Assembly (NCBI GenBank): GCA_018671245.1
Contig: JABHIB010000001.1
Span: 31,888-95,887, forward strand
Direction: 5' to 3'
Source: an archaeon
GTDB lineage: Archaea; Nanobdellota; Nanobdellia; SCGC-AAA011-G17; PNOQ01
DNA: 64,000 nt
The notes under the pieces are model-generated. The model was not told the DNA's origin. It did not search any database and worked only from the letters and a program-made list of their open reading frames with translations. Position numbers and translations under genes: made by a program. Positions 28,240 through 37,505 of this stretch are shown here, in pieces. The first letter of the stretch is position 1, and every line of letters starts with the position of its first letter.

Positions 28240-28944
28240 TTAACCCAATGGATAAACTTTTTCATTCATAACTTCTTTAGAAATCTGAGAATAATCTATA
28301 TTTCCATTTTCAATTGTAGGGAACTCTCCAAATTCATCTAAATAATGAAAAGATTCTCCAAATTTAAGTTTTGCACTAGAAAATTTTGGCCACAAATTAT
28401 CTTTTTTCCCATTTATTTGAATATTAACTGGAAAGATTTTAGGATTATCTAAGTGAGAAATTAACCTTCCTATTCCTGGATATATCTTAGTTTCTTCATC
28501 TAATGCTACTCCAGATTTCTGGCCACTACTTCCTTCCGGAAAAATTAATATATACTCATTTTTATTTAAATATTTTTCAGAGTGATCTATCAAACCATAT
28601 CTGGTGGCAGGAATTTGCTGTAATAGATTCAATGATACTTTTTTTATTATATTTTTATATGCTGCCCTATTCACAATGGCATGGAATCTTTGATTAGGAT
28701 TTAAATAGGCTACAATTAATAATTGATCTATAGAATTAATATGTAAGATAGTTTTTCCTTCTTTATCTTTTTCATATATCCAATCCTTTTGAGGAGTATC
28801 ATGATTTGAAACAATTATTCCACCTTCCTTATCATTAACTATATTCTCTAATCCCTCTACATTAACATCATAATAATTATCAAAAACAAAATTACATAAA
28901 CCGCTAATAAAATCATAATTCCAATTTCTGATTAAGTCTTTCAT
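28240..28944 (-). CDS. PlsC-like lysophospholipid acyltransferase (copy 2)
   Basis: VEGLENI, SNH...D, QIP, IFPEG, IFPV, FGE; start at 28944 inferred from the repeat spacing. Confidence 0.8.
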   Translation of the reverse strand: MKDLIRNWNYDFISGLCNFVFDNYYDVNVEGLENIVNDKEGGIIVSNHDTPQKDWIYEKDKEGKTILHINSIDQLLIVAYLNPNQRFHAIVNRAAYKNIIKKVSLNLLQQIPATRYGLIDHSEKYLNKNEYILIFPEGSSGQKSGVALDEETKIYPGIGRLISHLDNPKIFPVNIQINGKKDNLWPKFSSAKLKFGESFHYLDEFGEFPTIENGNIDYSQISKEVMNEKVYPLG

Positions 28945-28964
28945 AACAAAAAGGAACCCCGAAA

Positions 28965-29003
28965 CATTTATAATTGTTTTCATAACTTAGAAATGACAAC
29001 AAA
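28965..29003 (-). repeat. 39-bp promoter repeat, copy 2
   Basis: catttataattgttttcataacttagaaatgacaacaaa; carries BRE/TATA-like GAAAAC..TTATAAAT on the minus strand. Confidence 0.85.
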
Positions 29004-29095
29004 ATTAAAAGTTCCCAATCATCCAAAAACTTTATAAATCATCCAGAAACTAAACATACTACCCAATATCACTACGTTCAGTAGGAGGGAGCTAA

Positions 29096-29833
29096 ATGGA
29101 AAAAAATATTATATTAGATTCAATAAAGAAAGTAAGAGAGATTTCTAGAAAAAGGAAGTTTGATCAAACATTTGACATAAGTATAAATCTTAAACAATTA
29201 AATATAAAGAATCCAGAAGAAAATGTGGACTTATTCTTACAACTTGATAGACCAAAACTAAAGATGCCAAAAATCTGTGCATTAGTAGATAAGAATCTTA
29301 GTACTAAAGCAAAGATCTTCGATAAAGTTATACTTCAAGAAGAGTTCCAAAGATTCAAGAAAGATAAAAAAGCAACAAAGAAATTAGCTTCAGAATATGA
29401 TTATTTCGTAGCTCAAGTAAATCTGATGCCAGAGGTAGCAGCAACATTCGGTAGAGTTCTTGGACCAAAAGGAAAGATGCCAAATCCAAAAGCAGGATGT
29501 GTTGTTCCACCAACAATAGATTTAGAGCCTATCAAGAATAAACTTGCAGGTTTAGTAAGATTAAATACTAAAGATCAATTAGTGGTTAAAGCACCAGTAG
29601 GTTCAGAATCAATGACAGATGAAGAAATCGCGTCAAACATAGAGATAGTACACAGTTCACTTGTAACATCATTACCAAGACAGGAACAAAATATAAAATC
29701 AACATACTTAAAATTAACAATGAGTCCTTCTGTTCAACTAACAGATAAGGGAGTTATTGTAACTAATCCTGTGGAAAAAAAAGAAGTAGAAAAACCTGCT
29801 AAGAAACTAAAGGAGGCTAAGAAAGATGAGTGA
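29096..29833 (+). CDS. rpl1: 50S ribosomal protein L1
   Basis: RKFDQT, GRVLGPKGKMP.P, KLTMSP. Confidence 0.95.
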   Translation: MEKNIILDSIKKVREISRKRKFDQTFDISINLKQLNIKNPEENVDLFLQLDRPKLKMPKICALVDKNLSTKAKIFDKVILQEEFQRFKKDKKATKKLASEYDYFVAQVNLMPEVAATFGRVLGPKGKMPNPKAGCVVPPTIDLEPIKNKLAGLVRLNTKDQLVVKAPVGSESMTDEEIASNIEIVHSSLVTSLPRQEQNIKSTYLKLTMSPSVQLTDKGVIVTNPVEKKEVEKPAKKLKEAKKDE

Positions 29834-30965
29834 GTTCAAGGCACATGTTTCAGAAGCAAAGAAAAAAAGTCTAATAGAGACAAAGAAACTATTAGAAGAT
29901 AATTCTGTAGTTGGAATAATCGATTTGAATAATCTTCCATCTCCACAGTTTCAAAAAATCAAATTCAAACTAAAAGATAAATTAAAAGTTATAGTAATGA
30001 AGAAAAGCATACTAAAACTAGCAATTAAAGAATTAGAATCAAAGAAAAAAGGAATCTCTGGATTAGATAAACTAACTGAAGAGAGTATTCCTGCTTTGTT
30101 AATTTCAGAAGAAGATCCATTTAAGATTGCAAAAGCTTTAGATAAGAATAAAACAAAAGCTCCTGCAAAACCTGGACAAATAACTCCTAGAGAAATTGTT
30201 ATTCCAGCAGGACCAACTGCATTCCCAGCAGGACCAATAATTGGAGAATTAGGTCAATTAGGAATAAAAGCTGGAATCGAAGATGGAAAAGTAATAATCC
30301 AAGAAGATAAAGTACTTCTAAAAGCTGGAGACGAAGTTGATCAAAAAAAATCAGATTTATTAGCTAAATTCAAAATAGAACCAATCGAGATAGGATTAAA
30401 TATTGTTGGAATATACCAGAATGGGACAGTATTCGGAAGGGAAGTATTAACAGTTAGTGAAGAAGAATACAAACAAAATATAACTCAGGCGGCTACAGAA
30501 GCGATTAATTTGGCAGTATTTTCCGTTTATCCTTCAAAGGATATAATAGAATTATTGATAAAGAAAGCAGAATCTGATAGCTTAGCTTTAGAAAGTTCTC
30601 AAAAATTACTTGAGAAGATTGGTTCAGATGAAGTTCCTAAGGAAGAACCTAAGGAAGAACTTAAGGAAGAACCTAAGGAAGAACCTAAAGAGGAACCTAA
30701 GGAAGAACCTAAGGAAGAACCTAAAGAGGAACCTAAGGAAGAACCTAAGGAAGAACTTAAAGAGGAACCTAAGGAAGAAACATCACAGTCAGAAAATCAA
30801 GAAGCACCGCAGGAAACTGCAAAAGAAGTACCTGACAATTCTGAGGAATCAAAAGAATCTGATTCGGAACCGGATGCCCTAGAAGGGTATTCAAAAGAAG
30901 AAGAGAAAAGAGCACAAGAAGTAATAACTCAGATGAAAGATAAAGATATTATTGGAGGAAAATAA
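29826..30965 (+). CDS. rpl10: 50S ribosomal protein L10 (aP0) with PKEE-repeat extension
   Basis: N-terminal L10 domain, APAKPG, GPT.FPAGP; position in the rpl1-rpl10-rpl12 operon. Confidence 0.93.
   Translation: MSEFKAHVSEAKKKSLIETKKLLEDNSVVGIIDLNNLPSPQFQKIKFKLKDKLKVIVMKKSILKLAIKELESKKKGISGLDKLTEESIPALLISEEDPFKIAKALDKNKTKAPAKPGQITPREIVIPAGPTAFPAGPIIGELGQLGIKAGIEDGKVIIQEDKVLLKAGDEVDQKKSDLLAKFKIEPIEIGLNIVGIYQNGTVFGREVLTVSEEEYKQNITQAATEAINLAVFSVYPSKDIIELLIKKAESDSLALESSQKLLEKIGSDEVPKEEPKEELKEEPKEEPKEEPKEEPKEEPKEEPKEEPKEELKEEPKEETSQSENQEAPQETAKEVPDNSEESKESDSEPDALEGYSKEEEKRAQEVITQMKDKDIIGGK
30636..30779 (+). repeat. 12 x 12-bp coding tandem repeat (CCTAAGGAAGAA and variants; PKEE)
   Basis: twelve consecutive 12-nt units read directly from the sequence. 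Confidence 0.95.
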
Positions 30966-30966
30966 G

Positions 30967-31275
30967 ATGGAATTAATTTACGCAGCATTATTATTGCATA
31001 AGGCAGGAAAAGAAGTTAACGAAGGATCTGTAAAAAAGGTTCTTGAAGCAGCTGGCGCTACAGTGGATGAAACTAAAGTGAAAGCTTTGGTTGCAGCACT
31101 AGATGGTGTAGATATAGAACAAGCTATCAAAGAAGCCGCAGTTACGCCTGTTTCCGCAGCTCCTAGCTCTGATGGAAAAGCAGAAGAATCCAAAGAAGAA
31201 GCTAAAGAAGAGGAAGCTAAGGAAGAGAAAAAGAAAGAAGAAGCTGCAGCCGGACTAGGATCACTATTCGGCTAA
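30967..31275 (+). CDS. rpl12: 50S ribosomal protein L12 (aP1)
   Basis: MELIYAALLLH, C-terminal EEAAAGLGSLFG. Confidence 0.97.
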   Translation: MELIYAALLLHKAGKEVNEGSVKKVLEAAGATVDETKVKALVAALDGVDIEQAIKEAAVTPVSAAPSSDGKAEESKEEAKEEEAKEEKKKEEAAAGLGSLFG

Positions 31276-31308
31276 ACTTCTTTTTTTATTTTTATTCTAT
31301 AGTTGCAA

Positions 31309-32196
31309 ATGGTAGAAAAGAAAGACGACAAAAAGAAATCGAAAGATATCAAATCCGATATTTCGAGTATTCGGAAAGATCTCAACAGATTGAATGTAGA
31401 GAAAGAGAAATGGTTTGCTAAGAAAGAAAAGCAAAAGAAAGAGCTTGGCGAATTAATAAAGAAAATTAAAGGTTTGAAAGTTTCTAAAGACCAGACTGCA
31501 CTAGAGATAAAAACACTAAAAGAACAAAGAGACAAGTATAACGATGAAGTACAAGGGTTAATAGAATCATACAAAAAACTCTCAGAGAAAAAGAAAGAAT
31601 TCTTAGATAAAACAAATATTGATCAAGATCCAAGTATTATAGTTTCACAGATAGAAAAGATTGAAAGTAAGATAGAAACAGAAGCATTACCTTTCAAGAA
31701 AGAACAATCTTTAATGAAGCAATTAAAGAAATTAAGATCTGTACTATTAAAAACTGCAGGAATCAGAGAAGTTATAGATGCAATTAAAAAAATATCAGAA
31801 GAAATAACTCAAGCAAAAGATACTGCACAAGGATTCCATGAGAAATTAAAGAAAGCATTCATCAAAAATAAAGATGGGTATTCTGAGTTCATGAAGTTAA
31901 CTAAAAAAATTACAGATTTAAAGAAAGAACAAGAAGAATCCTTCAGTAAATTTATAGATGCAAAAAAAGAGTTTGCAAAAGTAAATGACCTTCTAAAAGA
32001 GAGATTAATGGACTCTAACAAATATCGGAAAAAGTCTGATATGGTAAGAGGAGAGAAAAAGAGAAAAGAGAAGGAAAGGATTAAGGAAGAACTTGATAGA
32101 AGGACAAAACAGGTGGAAGAGAAGCTCAAAACAAAGAAGAAGCTAACAACTGAAGATTTATTAGTATTCCAGAATCAAGATGATAACAATCGCTAA
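31309..32196 (+). CDS. archaeal coiled-coil protein (COG1340-like)
   Basis: long K/E heptad pattern, K..RD.YN, IET.AL, KKLTTEDLL.FQ. Confidence 0.7.
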   Translation: MVEKKDDKKKSKDIKSDISSIRKDLNRLNVEKEKWFAKKEKQKKELGELIKKIKGLKVSKDQTALEIKTLKEQRDKYNDEVQGLIESYKKLSEKKKEFLDKTNIDQDPSIIVSQIEKIESKIETEALPFKKEQSLMKQLKKLRSVLLKTAGIREVIDAIKKISEEITQAKDTAQGFHEKLKKAFIKNKDGYSEFMKLTKKITDLKKEQEESFSKFIDAKKEFAKVNDLLKERLMDSNKYRKKSDMVRGEKKRKEKERIKEELDRRTKQVEEKLKTKKKLTTEDLLVFQNQDDNNR

Positions 32197-32623
32197 ACTT
32201 ATTTTTCTAAGCATATTACCTATTTCAGAATTAAGAGGAGCAATAATTTATTCAAAAATAATTGGGATGGATCCTCTACTATCATTTTTTATAGCAACAC
32301 TAGCTAACATAGCAATAGTGCCATTCATTTTCTTCTTCTTAGATTATTTACATCATTTTTTCTTAAGGGCAAGATTTTACAAAAGAATATTCTATTTCCA
32401 AGTAAGAAGAACAACAAAAAAAATAGAAAAACATATCGGAACGAAATGGGAACTGCCTGCACTTTACTTATTAGTTGCAATACCCCTACCATTTACAGGA
32501 GCATATACTGGAGTTTTGGCAGCATGGATATTCAAGATTAAAAGAAAAAAAGCACTTTTAGCAATTGTACTTGGAGTGATAACTGCAGGGATTTTACTAT
32601 CTTCTGGACTTTCTCTTATCTAA
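32180..32623 (+). CDS. small multi-drug export family membrane protein (COG2426)
   Basis: LPISELRGAI, VAIPLPFTGAYTG. Confidence 0.85.
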   Translation: MITIAKLIFLSILPISELRGAIIYSKIIGMDPLLSFFIATLANIAIVPFIFFFLDYLHHFFLRARFYKRIFYFQVRRTTKKIEKHIGTKWELPALYLLVAIPLPFTGAYTGVLAAWIFKIKRKKALLAIVLGVITAGILLSSGLSLI

Positions 32624-33139
32624 ATTGATATGTTTTTTCAATTCTTTAATATCACTATAACCTGGAATATTTCTAATTTTAAATTTCCAAACTAAAAATA
32701 TCCAAACTAATGCAACATAAATAGTTGAAATAAATCTCCAAAAGATCATATGAATAGCATCAAACCAAATCTTACCGAACTTCAGGGATGCAAGAATTAA
32801 CAAATCAATTCTAAATATGTTCATTAAAAGAATTAACAAACTGCCTAACAACATCATATTCATTCCTTTAATAAATCTAATGTCCTTTGTCGATATAATA
32901 AGTATGAATAACAGAAAATATGCAGAACTAGCTATGCACGCATGGACAAATTCAAAAGATTGCATTCCTGCAGAAATTGTATTGGCACCAACATTTAATC
33001 CTGACTCAAAGAGTGATAAAGAAAAATAACTTCCCCAAATTGTTAAGGGTCGGAAACTTTCATAGAATATAACATTATAGAATATCATTGCAAAAATTGC
33101 TAAAACTAATCTAAACACAAGTTTCCTTTCATATTCCAT
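32597..33139 (-). CDS. exosortase/archaeosortase family protein (pacearchaeosortase-like)
   Basis: multi-TM with Cys (FVHACIASSAY), Arg (NIFRI) and His (FDAIH) catalytic triad. Confidence 0.8.
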   Translation of the reverse strand: MEYERKLVFRLVLAIFAMIFYNVIFYESFRPLTIWGSYFSLSLFESGLNVGANTISAGMQSFEFVHACIASSAYFLLFILIISTKDIRFIKGMNMMLLGSLLILLMNIFRIDLLILASLKFGKIWFDAIHMIFWRFISTIYVALVWIFLVWKFKIRNIPGYSDIKELKKHINLDKRKSRR

Positions 33140-33274
33140 ACATTTGTAAATTGTTTTTAACTTATAATAATTTCTAACAAAATTCATTATACAAATGCCT
33201 ATAACTTAGAAGGAGTTAGATTTAACCCATAATAGTAGTTAATTTTATAAATTCCTTAAACAATTTCATATTTT

Positions 33275-33850
33275 ATGAAAAGAGGTCATATAATTCCATT
33301 TGTAATACTGAAGATAGCGTTACTAATAAGTTTCTTATTTGATAATCAGATTCTAACTTTTGTTTTAAAACTAAGGAATGAACAACTATCTACTTTTATG
33401 ATATCTTTAGAAATGTTTAGTGCAGAATTAATAGTTTTTGCAGTTTCATTATTATTTTTTTCAACTAGAAATAAAAGAAAATTGATAGTTCCTCTAGTTG
33501 CAAGTTTTGCAACAGCGGCGATAATAACTCTAGGTCTAAAATATTTAATAGCAAGGCCGAGACCAATGGTAGATGCACTTACCTCTCCATCAACTTTCTC
33601 ATTTCCTAGCGGACACGCAACATTTATTTTTGCACCATTAGCCTTTTTTAACAAAGAATATCCTATTTTCAAATGGATATGGTTGATTATAGCAATAGTT
33701 GTAGCATTTAGTAGAGTTTACTTAGGAGTACACTACCTTAGCGATGTAATCTGTGGGGCAATAATTGGATTTGGAAGCGGAAATTTTTATATATATTTAG
33801 AATCAAAATATAAACTATCAAAAAAACTTAGAAAGGTGATTAAGAGATGA
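33275..33850 (+). CDS. PAP2 family phosphatase
   Basis: KYLIARPRP, SFPSGH, SRVYLGVHYLSDV. Confidence 0.92.
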   Translation: MKRGHIIPFVILKIALLISFLFDNQILTFVLKLRNEQLSTFMISLEMFSAELIVFAVSLLFFSTRNKRKLIVPLVASFATAAIITLGLKYLIARPRPMVDALTSPSTFSFPSGHATFIFAPLAFFNKEYPIFKWIWLIIAIVVAFSRVYLGVHYLSDVICGAIIGFGSGNFYIYLESKYKLSKKLRKVIKR

Positions 33851-34455
33851 TACAAACCTACTGGCAAGTTGTTGTAGAATCAACTCCCATAATAAAAGAT
33901 AGAATAATTGAGATAATTACCTCTCCTGTAAACAATCCTGAAATGTTATGGTTATTAGCGCCACTACTTCTAACTCTTTTTTTAATGGAACTTTATTTTG
34001 GAAGGTATAAAGAAGAAGAATTAGGATGGAATACTGCATTTGGTAATGTACTTGTTCTAATCTTTGTATCAGCATATCTCGCAAATCATATATATCAAAA
34101 CGCTTTGATAACTGATCCAATAAAAGTATCCATAGCTGCAACAGTAATATTTATGGGACTAATTCTCATGCTAATTGATTTTTTCCACCTACTACCTAAA
34201 AAGATAGCATTTCAGATATCTTCAAAACTTCCAATAAATTATATGGCATTTGTAGCAATAATCTTAGTTTATACAGATATAGCTATAGATAGATTCACAA
34301 CAATAGCATTTTCCTTAATCTTGATCGCCTTATCAATATTTATTGGACTAGTTCACATACTTATCCCAAAAGTTAGAGACAGGATTATGCCTCCTGCCCC
34401 AAAACCTACAAAAAATAAGAAAATAAGTGCTCCTGATTACAAAGAATCTACATAA
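33847..34455 (+). CDS. hypothetical membrane protein
   Basis: about 5 TM helices; MELYFGRYKEEELGWNTA; start overlaps the PAP2 stop. Confidence 0.7.
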   Translation: MIQTYWQVVVESTPIIKDRIIEIITSPVNNPEMLWLLAPLLLTLFLMELYFGRYKEEELGWNTAFGNVLVLIFVSAYLANHIYQNALITDPIKVSIAATVIFMGLILMLIDFFHLLPKKIAFQISSKLPINYMAFVAIILVYTDIAIDRFTTIAFSLILIALSIFIGLVHILIPKVRDRIMPPAPKPTKNKKISAPDYKEST

Positions 34456-34559
34456 TTAACTGAATTTTAAGCAATCGAAAGCTTTATTAAACTTTTTACA
34501 ACCCTACAATAACAACACATTTGAAATAATTATAATAATCTATGTGGGGAATGAAATAA

Positions 34560-36563
34560 ATGGATAAATCATACAAAATTATGAGTATTATGCTAGCACT
34601 ATTCTTATCTTTTAGTCTAGCTGCACCAGTTGCAGAAGCTAGTTTTATGGACGATATCTTAGGATTCTTAGGATTAGGCGGAGACCAAGAAAGAGAAGAA
34701 GATTTGATAAATTTTACAGTAGAAAATTTCACATTCGATGAAGATAGCCAATTCTCAGTTGATTTTAGTGATCACCTATATTACCAAAATCATGACATAA
34801 TCAGTATGACTAATGAAGGATCATCTAATATCTTAGTTTCATATAATTTTTCTGAGTCTTATGATGTAATTTTCAATGCCTCAGCTAATTGGAACGGAAA
34901 TGAGACAATAACTTTCACAGTCACATCATCCGAGAACATAATAGATTCAGATAGTATTTTAATTATTGTAAATCCAATTAATGATATCCCGGTCGCATAT
35001 AATTTATCAGTAACAACTCAAGAAGATACTCCTATACCAATCACATTAAATGCAACAGATGAAGATGAAGATGCATTGACTTATTCAGTGGAATCTAATG
35101 CAACAAATGGAACAATTTCACTAAATGGGAATGTAGCAACATACACTCCAAATGGAGATTTTGTTGGTTTTGATTCATTTAATTACATGGCAAGCGATAA
35201 TTCCAATTCTTCAAACATTGCAACAGTAACAATTAATGTAACAGAAGTTATTGATGTAGGCTTTGATGCAACATCAGATTTCTCAGATTCAGACCTTTAT
35301 CTTGGAGATGAAGTTGCGGGAAATATAACTATTGTAAATACTGGTGATACTACACAGACTTTCACAATTACCCAAGAAGCAAAAGATGATGGGGAAAGTA
35401 GTGGTATTACTTTAACAATTTCAGAAACTCAAGATTTAGAAAACATAGAATCTGGAGAGTCTGTAGAAGTATCGTACACATATAGTATCTCAAGTACGCA
35501 AGATATAATTTTTGAGGAAGATATGGGATACACAGTAACAATATCTGATGGTATATCTGCAAAAGACTTAGATTTCACTTCAAAAATAAAAAGTCATCTT
35601 TTTGATTTAGATAATTTCGAGATAGATCCTGAAGATGATTTGAATCCTGGAGATTCTTTTGAAATCAAAATGGATATAGAAAACCTCCAAAACTTCGATG
35701 TTGATGATGTTGAAGTAAGAGTAACTATTATCAATATGGAAGAAGATGGAGATGACTTAGAGATAACAAATGAATTCAATCTTGATGATGATGAAATAAG
35801 AGATAATGAAGAATTCAATTTTAGAGTTCCATATAATGTAGATGAAACTCCGAATGCAGATGATAGATATTCTGTTGAAGTCTACATCACAGGGCGTCCT
35901 GATGACGATGATTCATATCATGATGAGAGAAAAGTTAAATTTTTGTTTAATGAAAAAATAGAAGTAGTAAAGGAAGATGATGATGAAGTCTCCATAACTT
36001 CTTTCGATATAGCTCCTCTAGATCCACAATGTGGAAGTCAGATGACAATAATTACAACTGCTGTAAATACTGGTGCTGATGATCAGAGAGAAATGTATTT
36101 GAAATTAACTGTTAATGAGTTGAATATAATTGAAACTTCACATCCTTTTGAGTTAGATTCAGATAATGATGATGACAGAGAAAGAGAAGAAATGTTCACA
36201 TTCACAATTCCTGGAAATGCTACAAGTGGAGATTATGTAGTAAAAATCTGGGCTTATGATAAGAATGATAATTTGCTAGGATATGATTCAAAGACAATGA
36301 GTGTCGCAGGAAACTGTGGACCTTCAACTGATGATGATTCAAACAACACAGATGATGATGACACCAACAATGACTTAGGATCTTATGATTTACAAGGTGC
36401 AGACGGATCATGGCCATTTTCATTCATAACAGGTGCAGCAATCAGTGACTTGTTCGGAGCTAACGGATTAAAAACAACTTTCTGGTTATTGGGAGTTTTA
36501 GCATTAATAATAATAAATATATACTTTATATTATTGCTAAGAAGAACTTCAATAAAGGGATAA
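34560..36563 (+). CDS. acidic cell-surface/S-layer-like protein with cadherin/Ig-like domains and a C-terminal anchor
   Basis: signal peptide; V.PINDIPVA...T.EDT...L.ATD.D.D.LTY...YTP..F.G.DSF.Y Ig-like repeat; many N-x-S/T sequons; C-terminal TM plus RR. Confidence 0.8.
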   Translation: MDKSYKIMSIMLALFLSFSLAAPVAEASFMDDILGFLGLGGDQEREEDLINFTVENFTFDEDSQFSVDFSDHLYYQNHDIISMTNEGSSNILVSYNFSESYDVIFNASANWNGNETITFTVTSSENIIDSDSILIIVNPINDIPVAYNLSVTTQEDTPIPITLNATDEDEDALTYSVESNATNGTISLNGNVATYTPNGDFVGFDSFNYMASDNSNSSNIATVTINVTEVIDVGFDATSDFSDSDLYLGDEVAGNITIVNTGDTTQTFTITQEAKDDGESSGITLTISETQDLENIESGESVEVSYTYSISSTQDIIFEEDMGYTVTISDGISAKDLDFTSKIKSHLFDLDNFEIDPEDDLNPGDSFEIKMDIENLQNFDVDDVEVRVTIINMEEDGDDLEITNEFNLDDDEIRDNEEFNFRVPYNVDETPNADDRYSVEVYITGRPDDDDSYHDERKVKFLFNEKIEVVKEDDDEVSITSFDIAPLDPQCGSQMTIITTAVNTGADDQREMYLKLTVNELNIIETSHPFELDSDNDDDREREEMFTFTIPGNATSGDYVVKIWAYDKNDNLLGYDSKTMSVAGNCGPSTDDDSNNTDDDDTNNDLGSYDLQGADGSWPFSFITGAAISDLFGANGLKTTFWLLGVLALIIINIYFILLLRRTSIKG

Positions 36564-36564
36564 C

Positions 36565-36595
36565 TTTTTAATCTCTTTTTTTTCTTTTTCTTTTT
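36565..36595 (+). terminator. oligo-T terminator after the surface protein gene
   Basis: several T runs (up to T8) immediately after the stop codon. Confidence 0.5.
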
Positions 36596-37432
36596 ATGGA
36601 TTTAATATCAGAAGCTAATTGGATTTCTAGAATAGAGAGTATCAAAGAAATAAAAACAAAACCCTCTAAAAAACAACTTAAAGATTCAATAATAGAATCT
36701 ATCAAGAACCAAGCAAAAGATAATAATGCAGTTTTATTCTCTGGAGGGATAGACTCAACACTAATAGCATTCATTCTAAAAAAACTAAATAAAAATTTCA
36801 CATGCTATGCAATAGGGATAGAAAATTCAAAAGATTTGAAAGCTGCGGAAGAAATCGCAACAACATTAGGTTTCAAATTAAAATCAAAAATAATCTCTCT
36901 AGATGAAGTAGAACTTTATCTAAAGAAAACAATCAAAATACTAAAAGAAAGAGATCCAGTAAAACTAAGCATAGGTACAGTAATCCATATTGCAGCAGAT
37001 CTAGCTAAACAAGATAGCCAATCAAACCTATTTTCAGGCCTAGGGGCGGAAGAATTATTTGTAGGGTATAAGAGATACAGAACCTCTGAAAACCCTGAAA
37101 AAGAGTGTTGGAATGGGCTTAAAACAACCTGGAAAAGAGATCTAAGCAGAGATATACCTATAGCAAATAATCTAAATGTGAACATAAATGTTCCATTATT
37201 AAATGAAGAAGTAATAAAACAGGCAATGGCATTTCCAATCAAAGAAAAATTCAACAATGAACAAGATAAAATAATTCTTAGAGAACTAGCAATCGATCTA
37301 GGAATTCCTATTGAGTTTGCAAATAGAAAAAAAATAGCTGCACAATACGGTTCAGGTATAGATAAAGCAATTACAAAGCTAGCTAAAAAGAACGGTTTTA
37401 AGCTAAAAAGGGACTACATAAATAAATTATAA
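36596..37432 (+). CDS. asparagine synthase C-terminal (synthetase) domain protein
   Basis: LFSGGIDS PP-loop, SGLGAEELF.GY, K.ILR, RKK.AAQYGSG. Confidence 0.82.
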   Translation: MDLISEANWISRIESIKEIKTKPSKKQLKDSIIESIKNQAKDNNAVLFSGGIDSTLIAFILKKLNKNFTCYAIGIENSKDLKAAEEIATTLGFKLKSKIISLDEVELYLKKTIKILKERDPVKLSIGTVIHIAADLAKQDSQSNLFSGLGAEELFVGYKRYRTSENPEKECWNGLKTTWKRDLSRDIPIANNLNVNINVPLLNEEVIKQAMAFPIKEKFNNEQDKIILRELAIDLGIPIEFANRKKIAAQYGSGIDKAITKLAKKNGFKLKRDYINKL

Positions 37433-37502
37433 GGGCCCACTGGGAATCGAACCCAGGATCCGAGGGCTGCAACCTCGTGCCTTACCGCTTGGCCATGGAC
37501 CC
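37432..37502 (-). tRNA. tRNA-Cys(GCA)
   Basis: CGAGG-TTGCAGC-CCTCG anticodon arm, GGTTCGATTCC, U73. Confidence 0.93.
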
Positions 37503-37505
37503 AAA

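Noticed and set aside
30636..30779. possible CRISPR array
   Set aside because: 12-bp units with no spacers, in frame within a CDS
30610..30882. LRKN-repeat ORF
   Set aside because: Alternative frame of the PKEE tandem repeat in rpl10
33141..33185. third, degenerate copy of the 39-bp acyltransferase promoter repeat
   Set aside because: Needs gaps, is very AT-rich and sits at the wrong distance from the start codon; may be chance
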